Below are positions 1-12,389 of a DNA stretch of 64,000 bases, piece after piece. The position numbers and the translations under genes were made by a program. The notes beneath the pieces were generated by a model. It saw nothing but the letters and a program-made list of their open reading frames with translations. It did no database searches and was not told where the DNA came from. Location: NCBI GenBank assembly GCA_964016885.1, contig OZ024765.1, positions 10,664,001 through 10,728,000 of the forward strand, read 5' to 3'. Numbering within the stretch: the first letter of the stretch is position 1; every line of letters begins with the position of its first letter. The DNA comes from Eledone cirrhosa (Eukaryota).

Positions 1-231
1 CAACCTCATTTACAGTGAGTGCTGGGTGCTTTTTTGCCGTGGTACCTGCACGACCACTTTGCAGATATGGACCCCAGTCCCTATCATCTCATTTCTACAG
101 CTGAGTAAACTGGAGCAATGTGAAATAAAGTGTCTTGCTCAAGGAAACAACACATCACCCGGTCTGAGAATTGAACTCACAACCTTTCGATTGCAAGGCC
201 AATGCTCTAACCACTAAGCTATGTGCCTCCA
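1..231 (-). mobile_element. tRNA-derived SINE (family 1), runs off the window edge
   Basis: Reverse complement of the + copy at 10227; tRNA-like head ends at 231. Confidence 0.85.
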
Positions 232-1345
232 TTTATATATACATACAATCATATATATACACACACATACAAAAGCATACAATCATATATATACACACAT
301 ACACAAACATAAATCATATATATACACACATACACAAGCATACAATCATATATATACACACATACACAAACATACAATCATATATATACACACATACACA
401 AACATACAATCATATATATATACACACACACACACAAACATACAATCATATATATACATATACACACACAAACATACAATCATATATATATATATACACA
501 CACATACACAAACATACAATCATATATATATATATACACACACATACACAAACATACAATCATATATATATACACATACACAAACATACAATCATATATA
601 TATATATATACACACATACACAAACATGTAATCATATATATATATATATATACACACATACACAAACATACAATCATATATATATACACACATACACAAA
701 CATACAATCATATATATATACACGCACACATACACATACATACAAAAACATACAATCATATATATACACACATACAAAAACATACAATCATATATATATA
801 TATATACACACATACACAAACATACAATCATATATATATACACACATACACAAACATGCAATCATATATATACACAAACATACAATCATATATATATACA
901 AGCGCACATACACATACATACAAAAACATACATATACACACACACAAACATACAATCATATATATATACACACACACACACACAAACATACAATCATATA
1001 TATATATACACACACACACACACAAACATGCAATCATATAATATATACACACACATACAAAAACATACAATCATATATCTACACACACATACACAAACAT
1101 ACGATCATATATATACACACATACACAAACATACAATCATATAATACATATACACACACACAAACATACAATCATATATATATATATATAGACACATACA
1201 CAAACATGCAATCATATATACGCACACATACAAAAACATACAATCATATACAAATGCACCATTCTCAAACATTATTCACACGTACACAAACATACATTCA
1301 CATACATTCACATACATATACATACATACACAAACATACATTATT
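232..1345. repeat. Compound (TA)/(CA) minisatellite, unit about 32-38 bp (atacaatcatatatatacacacatacacaaac)
   Basis: Tandem units visible directly; the long H/I/Y/T ORFs are artefacts of it. Confidence 0.9.
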
Positions 1346-1575
1346 ACTATATATATATATATAATAACCAGAAGGTATATTCAATTTGTTGGTAATTCAA
1401 CAAATATAAATATTTATAACTGATTCAGAGCACTCAACAGATTTTCTGGAGTATAATATACAAAGATAAGATATTAAATAAATGGAAACTATATTTATAT
1501 TTACCCTTGAAATATATATAATTGAATAAATAAAATATGGTTTTATAAATATACTTTCCATTTATTTAATATCTT

Positions 1576-1653
<78 letters not shown>

Positions 1654-1661
1654 TATACATA

Positions 1662-2195
1662 TAGACGGTAGCCACGGAGTAGGCAGACCCAGAAAAACCT
1701 GGGACGACTTGATAAATTCCGACCTCACACACTTACATCTCTCCAAGACAATGTCACTGGACCGAGATCTTTGGCGCTACACAGTCATACAGAAGACCCG
1801 CCTTGCCTAAGTACAAAGCGAAATCCACAGTCAGTAGGCACCTCTAACAAAATACATCCCCCCGTCCCACTACCCCCACCCCATCCACACCACCCCCTTA
1901 AATGTGAAGTTATGTTGGTACCTCAACATCCAGTCCGAAATAAATGAGGTCGTGTAGGTGTCACGACAAAAAAAAAACACACAGTCCACGCTGGAATGTG
2001 GCCATGTAGGTAACACGGTAAAAACCTCCCAGTCCACACTGTAAACGTGGTTGGTGTTAGGAAGGGGCATCCAGCCGTAGAAAACCCGCCAGACAGTCCT
2101 ATACGAGCAAGGCAACCAATCTTACCCTAAGTGGGAAAATTCCCGTCCAAACCCATGCAAGCGTGGAAAATGGACGTTAAACGATGTTGATGATG
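1662..2195 (+). mobile_element. RTE-clade LINE 3' fragment (end of ORF, 3' UTR, (GAT)n tail)
   Basis: Encodes DGSHGVGRPRKTWDDLINSDLTHLHLSKTMSLDRDLWRY, matching the ORFs at 9088 and 36599; ends in gatgatga. Confidence 0.9.
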
Positions 2196-2692
2196 ATATA
2201 TATCACCTTGATCACCTTGACCGACCAGTCTGTCGGGCGTCCATTCGGCACTGCTGGTCACAGCACACTGTCCATTCCTCTCTGGATATATATATATACT
2301 TTGGGAGGGTCATGCTGCCAATAAAAACACAAGCACTTGTTGGTTTTCACTTCAATTTATTATAAATTTCCAGTTTGATAACCGGATGGTTGTTTATATA
2401 TTGTCACAGTTCTTGCGTCACACATTCTGTGACCTCCACAGTGAGTGGGTTTTTATTTTGTGTCTCTCCTTTGTTCTGTCCAACACCATCTTGTATATGT
2501 GTATATATATATATATAACAGATTAAAGTTTAAGCAAAGAATCCCTTCTTTCACCGTTAACAGGATCCTCTGAAACTAAAAAAAAAAATCAATCTGTTAA
2601 GGGTGAAAGCAGCGATTCTTTGCGTAAACTTTAATCTGTTATTTTAATAAATATTTGCTCCATGGTTTTTTTTATATTTGATATATATTTAT

Positions 2693-2735
<43 letters not shown>

Positions 2736-2737
<2 letters not shown>

Positions 2738-2853
2738 ATACCGGGTTGAGTCGGAGGTAACCACAGTAAGTAAGGTACTCAATACATAGCAGAGTATAAA
2801 AGTTTTAATATAGATGAGATTCTACAGGACTAGAACTGTTTCATTCTTTAGAA
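2736..2853 (-). mobile_element. Penelope-like (hammerhead family A) short repeat, partial
   Basis: Reverse complement of about 42420-42538; has GAAA, stem III and the cleavage site but lacks the CUGAUGA half; abuts (TA)n. Confidence 0.7.
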
Positions 2854-2938
2854 CATATATAGTAATAATAATAATAAATGTGAAGACTAAAATCCAAAGA
2901 GGGCTCGATAAGGATAAATATATATCAAAATTTATAAA

Positions 2939-2985
<47 letters not shown>

Positions 2986-3182
2986 AGAAAAACCACAGAC
3001 CCTCCATCTCAACTCTACTTTTGAAAAGCAGAAGAACTGCGAAACCGGTAAAGGAACCAAATAAATATATATATTTAAAAAAAAATAAGACTCCAGTTGC
3101 ATTTTCGATTTCATCTTTTTTTCTTTATACTTTCACTCGTGTAGGACACCGGTTATTTTTCATTTTGTAAAAAAAACCTCAC

Positions 3183-3219
<37 letters not shown>

Positions 3220-3254
3220 GTGACTTGGGCTTTGGTGTTGGTGTAGAGCAGTGA

Positions 3255-3420
3255 TATCAGGACACGCGAGAAGAGGAAGACCAAGGTTAATGTATGTTGA
3301 TGCCCTAAGGACAGACACTGGTCTGTTGGAGACGCAGGACATGGCAGTGATAATGAGGGACAGAGACCGCTGGAGAGAACTCGTTCATGGATCTCGGGAA
3401 TTTTACCAGCCTTAGATAGA
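3255..3420 (+). mobile_element. RTE-like LINE, divergent family, 3' fragment
   Basis: Encodes RGRPRLMYVDALRTDTGLLETQDMAVIMRDRDRWRELVHGSREFYQP*, near-identical to the end of the 59411-60031 ORF. Confidence 0.8.
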
Positions 3421-3429
3421 TATATATAT

Positions 3430-3657
3430 ATAAACCCGCCAGACAGTCCACGCTGTAATGTGGCCATGTAGGCAACACGGTAAAAACCTCCCAGCCCCAC
3501 ACTGTAAATGTGGTTGGTGTTAGGAAGGGCATCCAGCTGTAGAAAACCCGCCAGACAGTCCTATGCGAGCAAGACAATCACTCTTGCCTCAAGTGGGAAA
3601 ACCCCCGTTCAAACCCATGCAAGCGTGGAACACGGACGTTAAACGTTGATGATGATA
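3430..3657 (+). mobile_element. RTE 3' UTR fragment with (GAT)n tail
   Basis: Same sequence as the 3' UTRs at 1990-2195 and 37430-37650. Confidence 0.8.
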
Positions 3658-3854
3658 GTGTATATAGTACTCTGAAATACTGGTGTTGGTAGCAAATCAA
3701 GCAATCTATGTACAGGGAGAGTCTCTATAATAGAAAAGACTTCCTCGTTTTTCTATTATATATATTATAGTTTCGATATATCTTAGTCTATCTGATCTCT
3801 CAACACACTTTGAAATAGCCTTCCATCTACTGTCAACCAAGAAGCAGACGATTA

Positions 3855-4245
3855 TGATTTTAATTATGGTAATAATTGTTTCTACGTTTGGCACAAGGCC
3901 TGCAAATACCCAGTGCATTACTGGTACTTTATTTTATCGACCCCGTAAGGATGAAAGGCAAAGTTAACCTCGGCGGGATTTGAACTCAGAATGGCAAGGG
4001 CCGTAACTCTATGCGTCAAAGCATGGCGTCTGACCCTCTACCGATACTGCCAATCCACCACGGTAATAATGGTTTCTGATTTAGTCACAAGGCCAGCAAT
4101 TACCCCAGTGTATTACTGGTACTTTATTTTATCGACCCCGTAAGGATGAAAGGCAAAGTTAACCTCGGTGGGATTTGAACTCAGACGTTAAAGGACCGTA
4201 ACTCTATGCCGCAAAGCATGGCGTCCGACCCTAAACCGATACTGA
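3855..4245 (-). mobile_element. Abundant SINE-like family 2 (gagttcaaatcccgccgagg...cttacggggtcgataaaataaagtaccag), two copies
   Basis: Reverse complement of copies at 27560-27960; B-box-like GAGTTCAAATC. Confidence 0.7.
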
Positions 4246-4790
4246 GGCAAAGCCATCCATGGTGGGATTTGAACTCAGAACCTAAAGGGCTATAACTCTA
4301 TGCCGCAAAGCATGGCGTCCAACCCTCTACCGATACTGAGGCAAAGCCATCCATGGTGGGATTTGAACTCAGAACCTAAAGGGCTATAACTCTATGCCGC
4401 AAAGCATGGCGCCCGACCCTCTACCGATACTGAGGCAAAGCCATCCATGGTGGGATTTGAACTCAGAACCTAAAGGGCTATAACTCTATGCCGCAAAGCA
4501 TGGCGTCCGACCCGCTACCGATACTGAGGCAAAGCCAGCCATGGTGGGATTTGAACTCAGAACCTAAAGGGCTATAACTCTATGCCGCAAAGCATGGCGT
4601 CCGACCCGCTACCGATACTGAGGCAAAGCCAGCCATGGTGGGATTTGAACTCAGAACCTAAAGGGCTATAACTCTATGCCGCAAAGCATGGCGTCCGACC
4701 CTCTACCGATACTGAGGCAAAGCCAGCCATGGTGGGATTTGAACTCAGAACCTAAAGGGCTATAACTCTATGCTGCAAAGCTCTACTGAT
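4246..4790. repeat. 94-bp tandem repeat (about 6 copies) derived from the SINE family 2 head
   Basis: ccatggtgggatttgaactcagaacc recurs at 4257, 4351, 4445 and onward. Confidence 0.9.
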
Positions 4791-5572
4791 ACTGCCCAAC
4801 CACCACAATAATTGTTTCTACTTTAGGCACAAGGCCAGCAATTACCCAGTGCATTACTCATAATAATGATTTCTAATTTAGGCCTAAGGCCAGCAATTTT
4901 AGAGGAGTTGGGTGGGGACAAAATTCGATTACATCGACTGACCTTCAGTACTTGAATGGTTCTGTATTTTATCGACGCCCTCTGCCCATCCCCGAGGGTG
5001 GGGAAGGAGGAAAGGCAAAGTTGATTTCAGCAGTGTTTGATTTTACAACATGAAATGCCGGAATTTTGTTGTGTGTATGTGTAAGGAGGGGGCGGGGTGA
5101 AAGTAGGTTACATCGACACCAGTATATCGCTGGTACTTTATTTTATCGATCCCTTCTCTCCCTTTTCTCCCAGGGCGGGGCTGGAAGGACGAACGGGGAC
5201 GTTGACCTCAACAGTATTTAAACGCAGAACATGAAGAGCCGTCAAATAGATATATTACATTTACACAAGGGTGCAGCAATTTTTTAGGGGGTGGTGGGAA
5301 AGTTAGTTACATCGACCTCAGTATTTAGCTGGTATTTTACTTTTATGACCTCACCCTCTTTCTCCCGGCGGAGGGTGTGTGCTGGAAGCACGAAAAGGAA
5401 CGTTGACCTCGGCGCAATATGATCTCAGGACGTCACAAGACACCTCATACCATTTGTTATAGCAATAATGCTTATTTTTCTGTAGAGGGTTGTTAGTTAA
5501 TAAAAAAAAATGACCATATTATATTCTAAAGATATATATACACTCATACATATATATACACACACACACATA

Positions 5573-5669
5573 CAGGGTGTCTCAAAAATGTATACACACG
5601 TCAACAGCATTCTAATAAATATTGCCTGTACAGGTAATCAAAGTGTGTATACATTTTTTGGACACCCTG
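5573..5669. mobile_element. Tc1/pogo-like MITE (about 97 bp)
   Basis: TIRs CAGGGTGTC...AAAAATGTATACAC / GTGTATACATTTTTTGGACACCCTG with a TA left flank; related copies near 16006-16111, 43951-44137 and 58799-58881. Confidence 0.75.
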
Positions 5670-5673
5670 TGTG

Positions 5674-5745
<72 letters not shown>

Positions 5746-7017
5746 GTGTGTGTATATATTTATTATATTCTCAGGCCAGAGCATGAAACGAAATACTTTG
5801 CCACTCCATTTTTATAGAACACAATTTTGACGTCACGCCATTCATTCAATTCTTTCGCTCGCTCGTTCATTCTATAACCGACAACTGCTGCTGCCTTTCA
5901 TTCATTTTCATTCATTCATTTATTCTAGTCTCTCACTTCCCCTCTTCCTCTCTCCCTTTCTCTATGCCCCTCCCCCCTCTCTCTATATCTTTATTTATCT
6001 ATCTATCTTTTCTATTCTCTTTCTCTGCTGTCAGTCTTATTTTATGCTAGTGTCGTCGTCGTCTTAAATGCGCCGAGGTGAGCTTCGCCATTCATCCTTA
6101 CGAGGTCGATAAAATAAAGTACCAGTTACGCAATGGGGTAGATTTAATCGTCGACTTTTCCCTCCCCACTTCCCTTCAAATTACTGGCTTTGTGCCTAAA
6201 TCATTATTATTATTATTGTTGTTGGGTGTTTTTTTGTGTATAATATAGAAATAGCTTCTACAGGACTAGAACTGTTTCATCCGGAGGATGTATTGAGTAC
6301 CTTACTTACTGTGGTTACCCCCCCCCCCCCCGTCCTCCCCGATTAAACCCGGGATAAACATATATAAACACGCACACACACACATATATATATATATACA
6401 CACACATACATACAGTACGTGTGCCTCGACACTTCACCAATCTAGACTTCATGTTCCGGTAGAGGTGCTGTGTGCGTATGTGTGTGTGAGGCAGAGAGAG
6501 TGAGAGAGGAAGTGTGTACGTGTGTGGGAGAGTGCGTACGTGTGTTCGATACTGAGAGGGAGAGTGTGTACGTGTGTGTGAGAGAGGAAGATAGAGAGAT
6601 GAAGAGTGTGAGAGGAATGCGGAGAGGAAGAAAGAGACAGAGAAAAGCAAGGAAGAGAGAGAAGAGATTATGTGTGTACGTGCCTGAGAAGTTGTGTACG
6701 TGTATAAGAGAAAGGGGATGGGGTTGTAAGTAAAATGGTAATGCCAACAGTAGCCTTTTTTCCAAGACACAGGAAATAAATCCAAACACCCAGTGTTAGG
6801 CGATGTGACACCACCATCATCATCATTTTTTTACATCTGTTTCTCCACTGTTTGCATGGGTTGGACAGGTTGTTTTCAATACAGAATCCTTAAACTTGTT
6901 ACAGTCCTTCGTCAACCCAATGGTGAGATTCAGTGATTTGATTTCAGCTCTCACAACCTCTGCCCAGATCTTCCTTGGCCTCCCTCTGCTGCAGCTCCCT
7001 TCCTCTAGGAGATATTT

Positions 7018-7355
7018 TCATTTCATTTTCATTTTACGTCCGCTTTTCCCTGCTTGCAAGGATGGGACAGGAACTGATTCTAGCTTGATTTCTACAGCTG
7101 GATGCCCTTCCTAACACCAACCTCATTTACAGTGAGTGCTGGGTGCTTTTTTGCCATGGCACCTCCACGACCACTTTGCAGTGGAATGAGATGGACCCCT
7201 GTCCCTATCATCTCATTTCTACAGCTGAGTAAACTGGAGCAATGTGAAATAAAGTGTCTTGCTCAAGGAAACAACACATCACCCGGTCTGAGAATTGAAC
7301 TCACAACCTTTCGATTGCAAGGCCAATGCTCTAACCACTAAGCCATGTGCCTCCA
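7018..7355 (-). mobile_element. tRNA-derived SINE family 1, full length
   Basis: Reverse complement of 10227-10565. Confidence 0.88.
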
Positions 7356-7372
7356 TATATATATATATACTT

Positions 7373-7975
7373 ATCATCATCACCATTTATCGTCTGTTTT
7401 TTCATGCTAGCATGGGCTAGACGAGTTGTCCTGTTGTGGACACTGCTAGGTCATGTGACCATGTCTTGCTCATACAGAACTGATTTTGGCTTGGTTTCTA
7501 CAGCTGGATGCCCTTCCTAATGCCAACCACGTTTACAGTGTGTGCTGGGTGCTTTTTGTCGTGATACCTACAACCACTTCTACACTGGATGTATACGTTG
7601 GCCTGTCCTCATGTGAGGGTGGGGAGGGGTGGTGGTGGTGCATACTGTGTATACTGTGTAACTTTGGCCGGTGCCCGTGAGAAATCGGATCAGGTCTTCT
7701 GTATTACTGCATAATGCCATAGATCTCGGTCCTGTGTCATCATGTTTGAGAGGTGCAATTGGACAAGGTCAGCTTTTGTCACCTCATCCCAAGTCTTCCT
7801 GGGTCTCCCCACTCCAATGTTTCTATCAACTTTGAGCGTTCTGCACCTTTTTATGCAGCTGTCATCCTTCATACGCATCACATGTCCATACCAATGTAAT
7901 CTCCTCACACAGCATATGATTCCTCTTATGCCTAGTTTCTCTCTCAGTTCGTTTATGCTTTGCCGTTCAAAGATA
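7373..7975 (-). mobile_element. RTE LINE 3' fragment
   Basis: Minus ORF RRLHWYGHVMRMKDDSCIKRCRTLKVDRNIGVGRPRKTWDEV, then 3' UTR and (ATC)n. Confidence 0.88.
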
Positions 7976-8346
7976 TAAAGAGTCGAGACACAACAGCTGA
8001 ACTTTTAGCGTTTCAACTCTTTATAATATAGCCACACTCGACTACCCAAAGTATTTAGTACTCTATTGAGTAATGGTCTAACTAGTTTAAACTGGGTCTA
8101 TCCTGATGGCTCACTGAATATACACGGGTGTTTTTTACTCCCTAATTTTTTTTTTCCATTTTTGCCCGTTCTTTCCTCTCACCACTCTTTACTTTCTATT
8201 TATCGTCTATTTCTAACTCTATCTTCTGATGAAGGACTAGTGTCTGAAACGTCTGAAACTCTCTTCCTGCTAATTCAAGCGTTAAACTAATATATTTCTT
8301 CTATATACTGTGTCATTTGTTTTGTTAATTTTCTTATTACTTTTAC

Positions 8347-8452
<106 letters not shown>

Positions 8453-8587
8453 CGAAGGAAATGTGGTAAGGAACCAGATGGACCATAACGCACCAAAGTA
8501 CTCAATACTTAGGGTAGTAGAGTGGGTAATAGGAACGAGTAGGACCCCGACGGCTGAGCTCAAGCTGTTTCGACGGCTAATTCATAT

Positions 8588-9760
8588 ATCATCATCATCA
8601 TCATCATCATCAGGTTTAGCGTCCGTGTTCCACGCTTGCATGGGTTTGGACGGGGGTTTTCCCACTTGAGGCAAGAGTGGTTGTCTTGCTCGCATAGGAC
8701 TGTCTGGCGGGTTTTCTACAGTTGGATGCCCTTCCTAACACCAACCACATTTACAGTGTGGGGCTGGGAGGTTTTTACCGTGTTGCCTACACGGCCACAT
8801 TACAGCGTGGACTGTCTGGCGGGTTTTCTACAGCTGGATGCCCTTCCTAACACCAACCACATTTACAGTGTGGGGCTGGGAGGTTTTTACCGTGTTGCCT
8901 ACACGGCCACATTTACAGCGTGGACTGTGTGTTTTTTGTCGTGACACCTACACGATCTCATTTGTTTCGGCCTGGATGTTGTGGGACCAACATAACTTTA
9001 CATTGAAAGGGGCGGTGTGGAGGTGGTGGGACGGGGGTGTGTTTTGATAGAGGTGCCTACTGACTGTAGTAGGTTTTTACTTTGTATTTAGGTAAGGCGG
9101 GTCTTCTCTATTACTGAGTACCGCCAAAGGTCTCGGTCCAGTGACATTGTCTTGGAGAGGTGTAAGCGTGTGAGGTCGGAATTTATCAGCTCGTCCCATG
9201 TTTTTCTGGGTCTGCCTACTCCGTGGCTACCGTCTATCTTTATTGCCCTGCACTTTGTTATACAGCTGTCGTCTTTCATGCGCATCACGTGACCGTACCA
9301 ACGTAGCCTTCTCTCGAGTAAACAACATCTGATCCCTCTTATTTCTAATTTTTTTCTTAGTTCGTTTATGCTTTGCCGTTCACGTATATTACTATTGCAC
9401 ATCCAGCGGAGCATGCAAGCTTCGTTCCTCTCTAGTCTGCGTATATCCTCTGCACACAATGCCCAGGTCTCACTGCCATGCAGCATTGCTGTTCGTATGC
9501 AGGCATCGTATAACCTGCCTTTCATTTTTAGGGAGAACCCTCTAGCGGCTAATAGTGGTATAAGCTCTCTGAACTTTTTCCATCCAGTTCTGACTCTAGC
9601 TACTGTACTTTCAGAGCACCCTCCCCCACTGCTGATTTTGTCACCCAGATAACGGAAGCTGTCCACTATTTCTATAGAACCCTCTGCGCAGTTGAAGGAG
9701 CTAGTATTTTGTGGGCACTTGCTGCTACTTATTGCACCAGAGCACCGGCCACATGTAAAA

Positions 9761-9765
<5 letters not shown>
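8588..9765 (-). mobile_element. RTE LINE 3' fragment (about 1.2 kb) with a 120-bp duplication in the 3' UTR
   Basis: ORF 9088-9666 DSFRYLGDKISSGGGCSESTVARVRTGWKKFREL...LHGSETW...GRPRKTW is homologous to the C-terminus of the 52135-55011 ORF. Confidence 0.92.
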
Positions 9766-9798
<33 letters not shown>

Positions 9799-9840
9799 TT
9801 CAAAATATTAACAAAGAATAGACATTCGTGTGATCAAGTA

Positions 9841-9907
9841 TATTTTATTATACATATTTCAGAGGTACTGAGCTATCTTCAACAGTACGTCTTCATCAGA
9901 TAAAATA
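9841..9907 (-). ncRNA. Type-I hammerhead ribozyme fold (family B), probably a Penelope-like remnant
   Basis: Minus strand reads UAUUUUAU CUGAUGA AGACGUACUG[12 nt]CAGUACCUCU GAAA UAUGUA UA^AUAAAAUA: intact core, 8-bp stem I, long stem II with one mismatch, minimal stem III. Confidence 0.7.
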
Positions 9908-10095
9908 AGATGATGCATGACATACCCTGACATAGTAGATGGTTAAGATTCAGACATGTATATATATCAGTATGTATATATATATATACATATACATATA
10001 TATATACATATATATATACATATATATATATGTATACACCCACACATATACATATATATATATGTATACACACACACACATACATATATATGTAT

Positions 10096-10202
<107 letters not shown>

Positions 10203-10226
10203 AATATACATATATATATTTATATA

Positions 10227-10565
10227 TGGAGGCACATGGCTTAGTGGTTAGAGCATTGGCCTTGCAATCGAAAGGTTGTGAGTTCAATTCTCAGACCGGG
10301 TGATGTGTTGTTTCCTTGAGCAAGACACTTTATTTCACATTGCTCCAGTTTACTCAGCTGTAGAAATGAGATGATAGGGACTGGGGTCCCTATCATTCCA
10401 CTGCAAAGTGGTCGTGGAGGTGCCACGGCAAAAAAAGCACCCAGCACTCACTGTAAATGAGGTTGGTGTTAGGAAGGGCATCCAGCTGTAGAAATCAAGC
10501 CAGAATCAGTTCCCGTCCCACCCTTGCAAGCAGGGAAAAAAGCGGACGTAAAATGAAATGATGAT
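10227..10565 (+). mobile_element. tRNA-derived SINE family 1, full length, RTE-type 3' tail
   Basis: A-box-like TGGCTTAGTGG, B-box-like GAGTTCAATTC, CORE-like TCCTTGAGCAAGACACTTTA, internal 11-bp hairpin at 10371-10396, tail shared with local RTE 3' ends. Confidence 0.88.
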
Positions 10566-10584
10566 ATATATAATCGACTGTGCG

Positions 10585-10960
10585 ATTCAGTGATTTGAAA
10601 TTTGCTTTCTAAACCTCTGCCCAGTTTTTCTTTGGCTTCTACCTACTGTAGCTCCCTTCCACTGGGATTTCTTAGCACTTCTTTACCCAATGATCATCAT
10701 ACACATCACATGTCGATACCAGTGCAGTCTTCTCTCCTGTGTATTACATCTTATTCCTCCTATACCCAGTTCTTCACCCAATGGTCATGATCCATGCACA
10801 TCACACGTCGATACCAGTGCAGTCTTCTCTCCTCTACACTACATCTTATTCCTCCTATACCCAGTTCTTCACCCAATGGTCATCATCTATACACATCACA
10901 CGTCGATACCAGTGTAGTCTCCTCTCCTGTACACTACATCTGATTCCTCTTATATTCAGC
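10585..10960 (-). mobile_element. Decayed RTE fragment with about 3 internal tandem duplications
   Basis: Repeated cacatcacacgtcgataccagtgcagtcttctc is the reverse complement of the RRLHWY-region codons. Confidence 0.65.
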
Positions 10961-11149
10961 CCATCTATGATAGTGTTAATAATTCTTTCTAAAATTCACG
11001 ATTGAACAATAATTTGAAGGAAGAGGAAATCAATTATATTGACCCCAATATTTAACTGGTACCAGTAGAATGAAAGGCAAAGTTGACCTTGGTGTCATTT
11101 GAACTTAGAACATAAAGGGCTGGAACTTAATGCAAATTTTCCATAATAC

Positions 11150-11600
11150 CGGTGATACACTGGTGTTCACAGGGCAGTCACTGTAATAGACAGGCAGGTG
11201 CATAATCCACTGAGTGATACCTGTTATACACTGTTGTCCACTATATAATACCTGTGATACACTGGTGTCCACTGTATTGTCTGTAATAGACTGGTAGGTG
11301 TGTAGTTCACAATATAGTACCTGCAATACACTGGTGTCCACAGGACAGTCTCTGCAATAGACTGGTAGGTGTGTAGTCCACAATATAATACCTGTAATAC
11401 ACTGGTGTCCACGGGACAGTCTCTGTAATAGACAGGTAGGTGTCTAGTCCACAATATAGTACCTGTAATACACTGGTGTCAGTCTCTGCAATAGACTGGG
11501 AGTTGTCTAGTCCACAATATAATACCTGTAATACACTGGTGTCCACTGTATTGTCTCTAATAGACAGGTAGGTGTCTAGTCCACAATATAATACCTGTAA
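11150..11600. repeat. Degenerate minisatellite, about 64-bp unit (acctgtaatacactggtgtccac...)
   Basis: Tandem units visible directly. Confidence 0.8.
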
Positions 11601-11689
11601 TAGATGGAAATATGAGATGAAACCCCAGCATGTCTACTGGACCTACGAAACCTCAATTTGAAATATATTCTGCAGAGCTTGGACCAGCT

Positions 11690-11975
11690 GAGGGAGGACC
11701 TGGGTGTAATGGAATCCGAGATAGTGTACAGGGGAGACGACTGCACTGGTACAGACATGTGGTGAAGAAGTGCCGGGAAATGCCAGTGGAGGGAAGCTGC
11801 AGTAGAGGTAGACCAAGAAAGACCTGGACAGAGGTGGTGGGAGCCTGTCTCAAATCAGAAAAACTCACAGAGAGGACAAAGGAATGCAATGAGTGGAGAG
11901 TGGCTGTGCTGAAAAGGACTCCTCCAACCCATACCAGCGTGGAAAAAAAGGACGTAAAAACATTGATGATGATGA
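11690..11975 (+). mobile_element. RTE (short-tail family B) 3' fragment
   Basis: Encodes GIRDSVQGRRLHWYRHV...CSRGRPRKTWTEVV, followed by (GAT)n. Confidence 0.8.
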
Positions 11976-12389
11976 TAGTAAATATTGGTTTCTGATTTAG
12001 GCGGCACAAGGCCAACAATTTTATGGGGAGGGGAAAGTTAATTAAATCTATCCCAGTGCATGACTGGTACTATATTTCTATATTTTCTATATCTGACTGA
12101 ACCCCCGTAAGGATGAAAGGTAAAGCTAACCTTGGCTGGATTTGAACACAGATTGTGAAGGGGCATAACTCGATGTCGTGAAGCATATTGTCCGATACTC
12201 TACCAATTCTGCCAATCCACTGCCAGTAAATTGGTCAGTGTGACTTACACAATAGTATTATAACTTTGGCCCAATATCACAGTCTCAGCTTTTTACAGCT
12301 TTATTGCCCCACTTCATGTTTTAGAGGAGGGCTATAGAGAAATTTATTTCTCACTCCCACCTCTTCACTTTTATTGCTCTTATATTTGT

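Noticed and set aside
171-1364. Long ORFs (397 aa here; also 16540-18008, 29793-31511, 33990-35565, 37683-38972, 47613-48419, 60757-62135)
   Set aside because: They are translations of stop-free microsatellites and minisatellites, often open in several frames, with no domain signal.
5829-5836. TGACGTCA (CRE-like site) in a unique stretch
   Set aside because: A single 8-mer is expected by chance in 64 kb, and there is no transcription start evidence.
10227-10305. tRNA gene
   Set aside because: A and B boxes are present, but there is no acceptor stem and the sequence continues into a SINE body in every copy.
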